This document shows positions 49,802 through 57,610 of a stretch of DNA of 64,000 nucleotides, piece after piece. Each line of letters opens with the position of its first letter. Within the stretch, counting starts at the first letter, position 1. The stretch comes from an uncultured Planctomycetales bacterium (GTDB lineage: Bacteria; Omnitrophota; Gorgyraeia; Zapsychrales; CAYRXT01): NCBI GenBank assembly GCA_964428315.1, contig CAYRXT010000010.1, positions 3,523 to 67,522 of the forward strand, written 5' to 3'. The notes under the pieces were generated by a model. It was not told where the DNA came from. It searched no databases and worked only from the letters and a program-made list of their open reading frames with translations. The translations under genes and the position numbers were made by a program.

Positions 49802-50212
49802 ATGACTAAAGAAGAAGTCTTTGATTTGATCGCAGATGCAGGGTTCGGTTTTCTGGCCACCCTAGAAAACGAACAGCCCAGGGTCAGGCCGATGATGCCA
49901 TATTTGACCGAAGAAGGCGACATGCTCCTGGCGGTGCTTTCCACATCCCGCACGATCGAGCAGGTTAAGGAAAACCCCAGGGTTGAAATTTGCTACGTGG
50001 ACAGAAAAATGGCTTTTTGCCGGGTCAGCGGCACAGCCAAAATTAGTGACAGTTTAGACAAAAAAGCGGTTGTTTTCGAAAACGTCCCTATGCTGCGCCA
50101 GTATTTCGGCAGTCCGGAAGACCCGAATTTTGTCCTGATAGAAATTGATACGGGAAGTGTCGAGGCGATGGCGCCTCATCAGAAAAAGCCGGATGTCCTG
50201 AGCCTTAAATAG
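49802..50212 (+). CDS. pyridoxamine 5'-phosphate oxidase-like FMN-binding split-barrel protein
   Basis: FGFLATLENEQPRVRPM...VEICYVD pattern. Confidence 0.6.
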   Translation: MTKEEVFDLIADAGFGFLATLENEQPRVRPMMPYLTEEGDMLLAVLSTSRTIEQVKENPRVEICYVDRKMAFCRVSGTAKISDSLDKKAVVFENVPMLRQYFGSPEDPNFVLIEIDTGSVEAMAPHQKKPDVLSLK

Positions 50213-50240
50213 CTCCGCGTTTATCTAATCCCTACATTTA

Positions 50241-50277
50241 TGACCCCCTTGCAACATCGAAAGGGGGTCATTTCTTT
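50241..50277 (+). terminator. Rho-independent terminator (10-bp perfect stem + T-rich tail)
   Basis: tgaccccctt gcaacatcga aagggggtca tttcttt. Confidence 0.7.
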
Positions 50278-50769
50278 CCCATTATTCTATAAGTGCATAC
50301 CTGAATATTATATGCGAAGTCAACTTTGAATTCCCTCATAGACATCACCAAAAATGTCCTATTCTGCTTAATATTGAATAAATTTGATAATATATCACAT
50401 TATGGCAGGAAGAATCCTCATGAAGGGAGATGTGTTATTAAACCTGCACGAAACTGACACTGTTTTATACTTTCCGGTAAGTCTTTTATAAAATCAGTAA
50501 ATGAACATCCGGTTTTCAACAGGCCATGTGTGTTTCTCTATAAATATTATATTATCAATATGTTACATCAATATTGATAAATTCCTTATGTTAACATAAC
50601 ATATATTATAGGAAGTTGCCGCACAGCAAAATTCCACTTCTTCATTGTAATAACACCGCGGTTTTGTGCTAGTTTTTTAACAAGATTTAAACGTCCATAT
50701 CCGGATCATGATCGATTCGGCGGGAATTTTTTAGAAATTAATGATTACTGCGGACTGCCTTCAATCGCA

Positions 50770-51084
50770 TCATGTCTTACCATCTTCGCTATGCCCAAAA
50801 CCTTCTGCGATCCGGATTATCTTGCCATTGACCAAGGCATCGGCCGTCTTGCGTCGCGCCTTTTTTAAAATACGTCCAAATGTCGGCCTGGAAACCGCCA
50901 TTTTACCTGCCGCCCGAACCTGATCCAAGCCCTGCCAATCAGACAAATACAGGGCCTCAACCTCATCAATATCCAACTCGACCTCCTCAGGCCTGCCCGG
51001 CCTCCCCCTTGGACTAAATTGGACAGTCTTGGGAAACTGGCTGATGTTGCGCGCCTTTTTCGGCCTTCCAATGGGCTTTTTCAA
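50770..51084 (-). CDS. DUF134/UPF0251-family predicted DNA-binding protein
   Basis: MKKPIGRPKK...EVELDIDEVEALYLSDWQGLDQ..AAGKMAVSRPTFGRILKKARRKTADALVNGKIIRI matches recalled DUF134 consensus. Confidence 0.6.
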   Translation of the reverse strand: MKKPIGRPKKARNISQFPKTVQFSPRGRPGRPEEVELDIDEVEALYLSDWQGLDQVRAAGKMAVSRPTFGRILKKARRKTADALVNGKIIRIAEGFGHSEDGKT

Positions 51085-51182
51085 CGCAAGCCCCCCCCTT
51101 GTCTCATCTTATTTATTATAATCATATGTTCATAATAACTATAATGTTAATACGGGCATACGTTCAAAATTATATACTGTTT

Positions 51183-51551
51183 CTACTGATTGTCCTGTCT
51201 GTTATAATCATCCTCAAGACGCGTAATATCATCTTCCCCTAAATAATCTCCGGTCGCGACTTCAATAAAGACAAGCGGCTCAGCTCCCGTGTTACCGATC
51301 CTGTGCACGGCTTCAACAGGCACATCTACCACAGAACCTTTCTCTATGACTTCTTCCCTGCCGCTGACTATGGCTAAACCCTTGCCGGCCACCACTACCC
51401 ATTTTTCCGATCGCTTACCATGTTTTTGGAGACTTAACCGCTTTCCCGGACTAACCTCAACCCTCTTAACCCACACCCCGGACTCCTGGTAAAACTTCGT
51501 GTAATTGCCCCAGGGGCGCTCGATATATTTTTCTAAAAGCTCTCCTTCCAT
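51183..51551 (-). CDS. cupin-domain protein (mannose-6-phosphate isomerase type-II C-terminal cupin-like)
   Basis: WGNYT...KRVEVSPGKRLSLQKHGKRSEKWVVVAGKG...HRIGNTGAEPLVFIEV. Confidence 0.6.
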   Translation of the reverse strand: MEGELLEKYIERPWGNYTKFYQESGVWVKRVEVSPGKRLSLQKHGKRSEKWVVVAGKGLAIVSGREEVIEKGSVVDVPVEAVHRIGNTGAEPLVFIEVATGDYLGEDDITRLEDDYNRQDNQ

Positions 51552-51575
51552 TAGATGTCCTTTCTCTGTGTGATT

Positions 51576-52271
51576 TTACAGACAACCTATTAAACGGCCC
51601 CGGACCTGCCGCAACAACCTGTTCGTAAAGAGGGCCTGGCGCGCTGTTTTCCGTGACCTTATGAGCTGCGCCAAATCATCCAGCGTATCGATATCTCTAA
51701 GGGTTTTCAGCAGTACGGCCCGTTTTTTCATTTGTTTTACCCGTTTCAGGGTTTGATCCAAAACGCGATTTGAACCCCAATGAATATCATGAAAAAGCCC
51801 GGGGCCGGGCTCTTTTAAGGCCAGAAGATAATACCCGCCGTCCGTGCAAGGCCCCAAGACGATATCCGCATTCTTCAAATTTCGAAAGGCTGTTTCGATC
51901 TCCCGAGGCCTTAAATATGGCAGATCTGAACCGATAAATACAGTGCGGGTAAAACCACCCTTTGCGCAGCGTTTGGCCGCCCTCCACATACGTTCACCAA
52001 GGTTCCGGCCGCTCTGCCTCACAAGGACAAAATCCTTGGCAAATCCGGCCAAAAACCGCGGAGAACGGGTTTCCGTATAATAGATAAAACGCCCTGAACA
52101 CCTGACCTTTTTTGCGGCAGCAAGCACGTCTTTGAGAAAGGCCGTATATAATTTGAGGACCAAGTCCGCATCCAGAGCGCCTTCCAGCCGGGTTTTGACC
52201 CTTGATTTGACCGGCTCCTTAGCCATCACAACCAGGGCACTCGCGCCTTCTTTTGTCTTTGATGAGCCCAT
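51576..52271 (-). CDS. DUF2064 (TIGR04282-like) nucleotidyltransferase-fold protein
   Basis: LVVMAKEPVKSRVKTRL..LY.AFL.D pattern. Confidence 0.5.
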   Translation of the reverse strand: MGSSKTKEGASALVVMAKEPVKSRVKTRLEGALDADLVLKLYTAFLKDVLAAAKKVRCSGRFIYYTETRSPRFLAGFAKDFVLVRQSGRNLGERMWRAAKRCAKGGFTRTVFIGSDLPYLRPREIETAFRNLKNADIVLGPCTDGGYYLLALKEPGPGLFHDIHWGSNRVLDQTLKRVKQMKKRAVLLKTLRDIDTLDDLAQLIRSRKTARQALFTNRLLRQVRGRLIGCL

Positions 52272-52285
52272 TCTCTGACAGACGG

Positions 52286-52702
52286 CTATAGATTGGCCTC
52301 TATTTCATCCATAATCGCCCGGGAGCGCTCATGGTCCCCCAGAACGCCCACCCGTATCTGTACCTCAGTGGAATGTTCGGTCAGCTCTTTCGTGTCTATC
52401 CAGATATTGGTGCCATCGGAAAATTTCGATTCGACCTTTCCGGTGAGGGCGTCTGACCGGTCCACGATAATCGGCAGGTTCATATCTTTGAGGCCCCGGA
52501 CCGCGGCGGGATGGACCTCCTCAAAGGGATAATTCACGACCTTAACCAGTTTTCCCTTGACCCAGGTCACGCCTCCCGCGCCGGCAGCGACACCGAAAAG
52601 AACGGCGCATCCCGATAAGCTCACAATTCCGAAAACCGCCGCAAGACACGCCACAATTATACGGCTCCTCAACATCGCTCGACTCTCCTGATAGGACTTC
52701 AT
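52286..52702 (-). CDS. lipoprotein, unknown function
   Basis: Signal with lipobox LSGC; 4-nt overlap with hemL. Confidence 0.5.
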   Translation of the reverse strand: MKSYQESRAMLRSRIIVACLAAVFGIVSLSGCAVLFGVAAGAGGVTWVKGKLVKVVNYPFEEVHPAAVRGLKDMNLPIIVDRSDALTGKVESKFSDGTNIWIDTKELTEHSTEVQIRVGVLGDHERSRAIMDEIEANL

Positions 52703-53994
52703 TCGCCTCCTCCTTTTGTTTGAACATGCGTTTTCAAAGCCTTGGCCATTGCGTCAAGCTCCTTAACGGTGTGGACCGCGGAAACAAAAAAGGTTTCCAG
52801 CTCAGCCGGCGGCCAATAGATCCCACTATTTAATAAAAATTGGAACAAACGGCCGTATTGCGCCCGGTCGGACGATGCCAAAACTTCACGGTAATTGGTC
52901 ACCCCCGCGCGGGAAAAGCGCACGCTCATCATGGAATGGAACGTATCCAGATGGACAGGGATGTCGTTTTTTACAAAAAACGCGTTCATGTCTTCTGCAA
53001 ACCGGGCGCATAGGGCGTTGAGTTTTCGGTACATACCCCCCTTGAGGGTATCCAGCGTGGCCCAGCCGGCCCGCATCACCACCGGATTGCCGGCGAATGT
53101 CCCGGCCTGATAAACGCCCCCGGAAGGGGCCAGATACCGCATAATCCCCCCCTCTCCCCCGTAGGCGCCGATGGGGAAACCGCCGCCGATAATCTTCCCG
53201 AAACATGTCAAATCCGGTTCGACACCGAATTCCGACTGAACACATCCAGCCGAAGCGCGGAATCCCGTCATGACTTCGTCAAAAATCAGGACAATCCTGT
53301 ATTTTTTTGTGATCTTCCGTAAGACCTTAAGGAATTCCATGTCCGGCACAACCACCCCCATATTTCCCGCGACCGGTTCGATAATGACGCAGGACACATC
53401 GCGACGGTTTTTCTCCAGCGTTTCAACAAGGGCGGGCGTGTCGTTATACGGAAGGGTGATCGTCTCACGGATATGGTTTTTTGTGATCCCCAGACTGGAC
53501 GAGGCCTTCAGCGAAGAAACACCGGAACCTGCCTTGACCAGTAGGTCATCGAAGTGGCCGTGGTAGCACCCGTCAAATTTGACGATCTTGTTCCTGCGCG
53601 TATATCCGCGGGCGAGCCGGATCGCGCTCATGGCCGCCTCGGTGCCCGAATTGACGAACCTGACCTTCGAAACAGACGGGACATTCTTCACAATGAAACG
53701 GGCAAGCTCTGTCTCCGCGGCCGTGGTCGTCCCGAAGCTCGTCCCCTCTTTCAACTGGGCTTTGATCTCAGCCATGATCCGGGGATGCGCGTGCCCCAAT
53801 ATCAGGGCTCCCCAGGAAAGACAATAATCGGTAAAAGCGTGTCCATCGGCATCAAAGAGCTTGGCGCGGCGCCCCCTCTTCATCACGAGAGGCTCCCCCC
53901 CCACGGCCTTAAACGACCTGACCGGGCTGTTGACGCCTTCCACCAGGAAACGGCGCGCCTCGGCATACAGACGGCGCGATCTGGTCAAATCCAT
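52699..53994 (-). CDS. hemL: glutamate-1-semialdehyde 2,1-aminomutase
   Basis: Class-III aminotransferase PLP motifs; start taken at MDLTRSRRLYAEAR (track ORF extends to 54093). Confidence 0.9.
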   Translation of the reverse strand: MDLTRSRRLYAEARRFLVEGVNSPVRSFKAVGGEPLVMKRGRRAKLFDADGHAFTDYCLSWGALILGHAHPRIMAEIKAQLKEGTSFGTTTAAETELARFIVKNVPSVSKVRFVNSGTEAAMSAIRLARGYTRRNKIVKFDGCYHGHFDDLLVKAGSGVSSLKASSSLGITKNHIRETITLPYNDTPALVETLEKNRRDVSCVIIEPVAGNMGVVVPDMEFLKVLRKITKKYRIVLIFDEVMTGFRASAGCVQSEFGVEPDLTCFGKIIGGGFPIGAYGGEGGIMRYLAPSGGVYQAGTFAGNPVVMRAGWATLDTLKGGMYRKLNALCARFAEDMNAFFVKNDIPVHLDTFHSMMSVRFSRAGVTNYREVLASSDRAQYGRLFQFLLNSGIYWPPAELETFFVSAVHTVKELDAMAKALKTHVQTKGGGE

Positions 53995-54941
53995 TTCAGG
54001 ACATCCTCGGCAAAATAGGTGATGATGATATCCGCGCCGGCCCGCTTGACAGCGGTCAGAGATTCCAGCACGACATCTTTCTCCTTGATCCACCCCCGTG
54101 CGGACGCGGCCTTGATCATGGCGTACTCACCGCTCACATTATAAGCGGCTATCGGCACAGCAAGATTCTGCCGCAACAATTGAATGACATCCAGATAAGC
54201 CAGAGCCGGCTTGACCATGACAATATCGGCCCCTTCTTGGATATCCTGCAACGCTTCTTTCAGGGCTTCGCGGCTGTTGGCGGGGTCCATCTGGTAGGAT
54301 TTGCGGTCGCCGAAACCGGGCGCGGAACCAGCCGCCTCACGGAAGGGACCGTAAAATGCCGAAGCGTATTTGACGGCATAAGACAGGATACCTGTCTGCG
54401 TGAAGCCGCCCCTGTCCAGCTCCTCCCGGATCCGCCGGACCCTGAAATCCATCATATCCGAAGGGGCGACAAAATCCGCTCCCGCACGGGCATGGGACAG
54501 GGCCACCCGGGCCAGGATCTCAACACTCTTGTCATTATCCACATATCCGTCAACGACCACGCCGCAATGCCCATGCTTCAGATAGCCGCAAAGGCAGACA
54601 TCCGTCACGATGACAAATTCCGGAAAATTGTTCTTGATGGCCTTTACCGCTTTTTGGACTATGCCTTTCTGATCATAGGCCGCCGATCCCTTGAAATCTT
54701 TTTTAGGGGGGATCCCGAACAGAAGGCCGGCCTGTCCGCCGGATTTGTGAAAACGCCCGACGGCATCCAATAACCGGTCGACGGAATGGCGTTTCACCCC
54801 CGGCATGGAGGCAATGGGCAAACTTTTCTTCCTGCCCTCCATCACAAAAAAGGGCATGAGGATATCCTGCCTGTTTAAAACGGTTTCCCTGACAAGGGCG
54901 CGGACCGCCTTATTCTTCCGCAGTCGACGGAATCTATTCAC
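53985..54941 (-). CDS. hemB: porphobilinogen synthase
   Basis: RRLRKNKAVRALVRETVL N-terminus; active-site SYAVKYASAFYGPFR; cysteine-rich metal site. Confidence 0.9.
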   Translation of the reverse strand: MNRFRRLRKNKAVRALVRETVLNRQDILMPFFVMEGRKKSLPIASMPGVKRHSVDRLLDAVGRFHKSGGQAGLLFGIPPKKDFKGSAAYDQKGIVQKAVKAIKNNFPEFVIVTDVCLCGYLKHGHCGVVVDGYVDNDKSVEILARVALSHARAGADFVAPSDMMDFRVRRIREELDRGGFTQTGILSYAVKYASAFYGPFREAAGSAPGFGDRKSYQMDPANSREALKEALQDIQEGADIVMVKPALAYLDVIQLLRQNLAVPIAAYNVSGEYAMIKAASARGWIKEKDVVLESLTAVKRAGADIIITYFAEDVLKWI

Positions 54942-56997
54942 TGTTCAACACCTCGCTCTCGTACCCGGCCTCCCGCAGGGCCTGCCGCGTCAAAGGCCCC
55001 TTGCACAGGATGGTCCATTGTCCGGGAATCGGCCCGTAATCCTGCAGAAAATTGCGGACCGTAGACGGTGATGTAAAGAGGATTTTGTCAACATCGGAAA
55101 AATCCGTTTCCCTCTTCGAAGGCTTGACGTTTTCGTAAACGGCGAATTCATGCACAACAGCACCTTTTTCTTCAAGTTGAGTCTTCAGAAACGGATTGGG
55201 CAGCGATGAACGTGGATAAAGGATCCTCTTGCCCCGGGGCTCCATATGCGCGGCCAGGCTTTCCAGCAACCCAGGGCTTGTCTCACGTTCGGCGACCAGT
55301 CGCGGATCAACATCATGCGCCCTTAATTCGTCCGCCGTGTCACGGCCAATGACGGCCCAGATTTTCTGCCATGCAGTCTTCCATCCGGCGCAAATATTAT
55401 CCATAATAGCAAAAAAATGCATGACCGCAAAGCGGCTTGTTAAGAGCACGGCATCGGCCTTTTCAAAAGCCTTAAGCATGTCCGCCTTTTCCCTTTCCGG
55501 AATATACCTCGGCCGGATGGCGATAACCGGCAGATGAACCGGTTCTCCCCATTGCCGGTACTTTTCCGGATTGGTGCCCACATAAAGCAATCGTCCTTTG
55601 CTTCTCTGACCCGGCCTCCAAAAGCTGACCGTTTCCCCGACGATAATCAGGGCCGGGGCCTGAAGGTCGGCCTTATCCACTTTCTTCCGGATATCCCTGA
55701 GGGTGCCCGCCACAATACGCACCTGGGCCGTCGAGGCCTTCGAGGCAACGAGGACAGGTGTTTCCGGAGGCCAATGCGCTTTTCTCAAGGCATCGCAGAT
55801 CTGTGGCACTTTCGTTAATCCCATGAGAAAAACAATGGTCCGGGTGTCAGGGACAGAAAGCGACCGGGAATGGCCTCCGCCCTCCTCCGTGCTGTGGGCG
55901 CTCACAAAGGCCACGGACGAAGAAATACCACGGGCGGTCAACGGGATTCCCAGCAGGGACGGCACACCGGTCGCCGAACTCACCCCTGGAACGACGTTCA
56001 CCGGGATATGATATGACCGAAGATAGCCGAGTTCGTCCCCTCCCCTCCCGAATATCAACGGGTCCCCGCCTTTGAGCCTTGCCACACACTTGCCTTCCTG
56101 CGCGACGCGGCGTATCATGGTATTCAGCCGTGACTGCGAAATGGAATGTCGGCCTTTACGTTTTCCAACATAAATCTTCTGGGCCCGGGGCGCAAATTCA
56201 AGCAATCCCCTCGGGATTAGATAGTCATAAAAAACCGCGTCGGCCGATTCCAGCATACGGACGGCCTTTAAAGTCGCCAGTTCGGGATCACCCGGCCCGG
56301 CCCCTATCAAATAGACCTTTCCGTAAGCATCCCGGACATTGATGGGCTGAAAGAGTTCCCGCATCCTGCGGTCATTGACTCGTCCCACGACGGCAAGCTG
56401 CCCCTGCAAAGGCGTCGTTTCATAAGTCAGGGTCTCAGCGATGCGGCTCTCCAGGCCCAGTCTCTTTACGGCGCATGTCGCGACGATAATCCCGTCCACT
56501 TCGCCCCGGTCGACCATCGCGATTCTTTCCTCGATATTCCCCCGGATATCGACCAACCGAAGATCAGGACGCAAAGACAGGATCTCCCGGCGTCTAAGCT
56601 GACTGCTCGTCCCGATCCTCGAGGCCGGGGGAAGTTCGCCAAGCGGGCACCCCGCCACCAGGGCGTCGGTCTCATCCAGAGACCGCGTTAAGGCCAAAAG
56701 CGAAAGCCCCTCACGCAGTCTGTTCGGGACATCCTTCGCGCTGTGCACGGCCGCGTCGACTTCTCCGGCCAAAAGGGCCTGGTCAAGGCGGTCCGTAAAA
56801 AAATCGTCAGCCGGGCTTTCTGTAAGGGGCGTTTTCCGGTCCATGTCCCCCCCGGTCACGTAAACGCGGTTGTCAAAGACAACCTCCCTTCCCTGAACGT
56901 TAAGCAAACGCTGTATCTCCTCGACCTGGTGAAGGGCCAGCCGGCTGGAACGTGAACCTGACCGGACGGTTTGGGTCTTCTCACTGTTTTCTCTCAT
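54934..56997 (-). CDS. tripartite fusion: HemC-like domains 1-2 (lacks cofactor domain 3) + uroporphyrinogen-III C-methyltransferase + uroporphyrinogen-III synthase
   Basis: Residues ~18-224 align to HemC domains 1-2 (AVHSAKDVP, IGTSSQLRRREIL, VKRLGLESRI). ~226-475 SUMT (VYLIGAGPGDPELATLKAV, GGDPLIFGRGGDE). ~480-687 HemD-like. Confidence 0.7.
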   Translation of the reverse strand: MRENSEKTQTVRSGSRSSRLALHQVEEIQRLLNVQGREVVFDNRVYVTGGDMDRKTPLTESPADDFFTDRLDQALLAGEVDAAVHSAKDVPNRLREGLSLLALTRSLDETDALVAGCPLGELPPASRIGTSSQLRRREILSLRPDLRLVDIRGNIEERIAMVDRGEVDGIIVATCAVKRLGLESRIAETLTYETTPLQGQLAVVGRVNDRRMRELFQPINVRDAYGKVYLIGAGPGDPELATLKAVRMLESADAVFYDYLIPRGLLEFAPRAQKIYVGKRKGRHSISQSRLNTMIRRVAQEGKCVARLKGGDPLIFGRGGDELGYLRSYHIPVNVVPGVSSATGVPSLLGIPLTARGISSSVAFVSAHSTEEGGGHSRSLSVPDTRTIVFLMGLTKVPQICDALRKAHWPPETPVLVASKASTAQVRIVAGTLRDIRKKVDKADLQAPALIIVGETVSFWRPGQRSKGRLLYVGTNPEKYRQWGEPVHLPVIAIRPRYIPEREKADMLKAFEKADAVLLTSRFAVMHFFAIMDNICAGWKTAWQKIWAVIGRDTADELRAHDVDPRLVAERETSPGLLESLAAHMEPRGKRILYPRSSLPNPFLKTQLEEKGAVVHEFAVYENVKPSKRETDFSDVDKILFTSPSTVRNFLQDYGPIPGQWTILCKGPLTRQALREAGYESEVLNSE

Positions 56998-57478
56998 GCG
57001 CAGTCTTCTTTGTCGTTAAAACCACACGCGACGAGAATGTTTTCCTTAACTCATCGCGGAGGGCCTGGGCCGATCCCGCCGTTTTGTCCCTGGTGGAGAC
57101 GGCAACGTCGAATCCCTTGGCCTTCCATACGGCCGGAGAATGAAAGTCCGATTCCTCCGGATGACCGGCGCAATTCACCAGGCATTTCTTCTTTCCTCCG
57201 GTCAACGTGATCTTCTTGTTTTGCTTCGGATCATCTGTGCAGGCGTACACCAGGACAAAACCGTCCAGGTCTTTCTTTTCAAATCTTCTTCGATAAAGCC
57301 TCAGGCGTTTGCGTTTCGACCATTCTTCGATGCGCGGATGCACCCGGGGCGCGACGACAGTTACGGCGGCCTTGAACCTCAAAAGCGTCTTGATCTTGCC
57401 AGCAGCCGCCCGGCCTGCGCCGATAACGAGCACGGGATATTTATTGATATTGATTGTAATAGGCAAATATCGATCCAT
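56981..57478 (-). CDS. sirC: precorrin-2 dehydrogenase/sirohydrochlorin ferrochelatase (SirC/Met8/CysG-N-like)
   Basis: ININKYPVLVIGAGRAAAGKIKTLL Rossmann start typical of siroheme synthase N-domain. Confidence 0.65.
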   Translation of the reverse strand: MDRYLPITININKYPVLVIGAGRAAAGKIKTLLRFKAAVTVVAPRVHPRIEEWSKRKRLRLYRRRFEKKDLDGFVLVYACTDDPKQNKKITLTGGKKKCLVNCAGHPEESDFHSPAVWKAKGFDVAVSTRDKTAGSAQALRDELRKTFSSRVVLTTKKTAHERKQ

Positions 57479-57610
57479 GTCGCGTACTCGGTTTTACCCA
57501 TTATAACAAGGTGTGGCGTTCCCGAGAGTAAATTTTAGCAATGAGACATGGGCAGCGCTCCGGTTCAGGGGACTTACGGCAGTGGCAATGCCCACATGAT
57601 TTTGAGAAGG

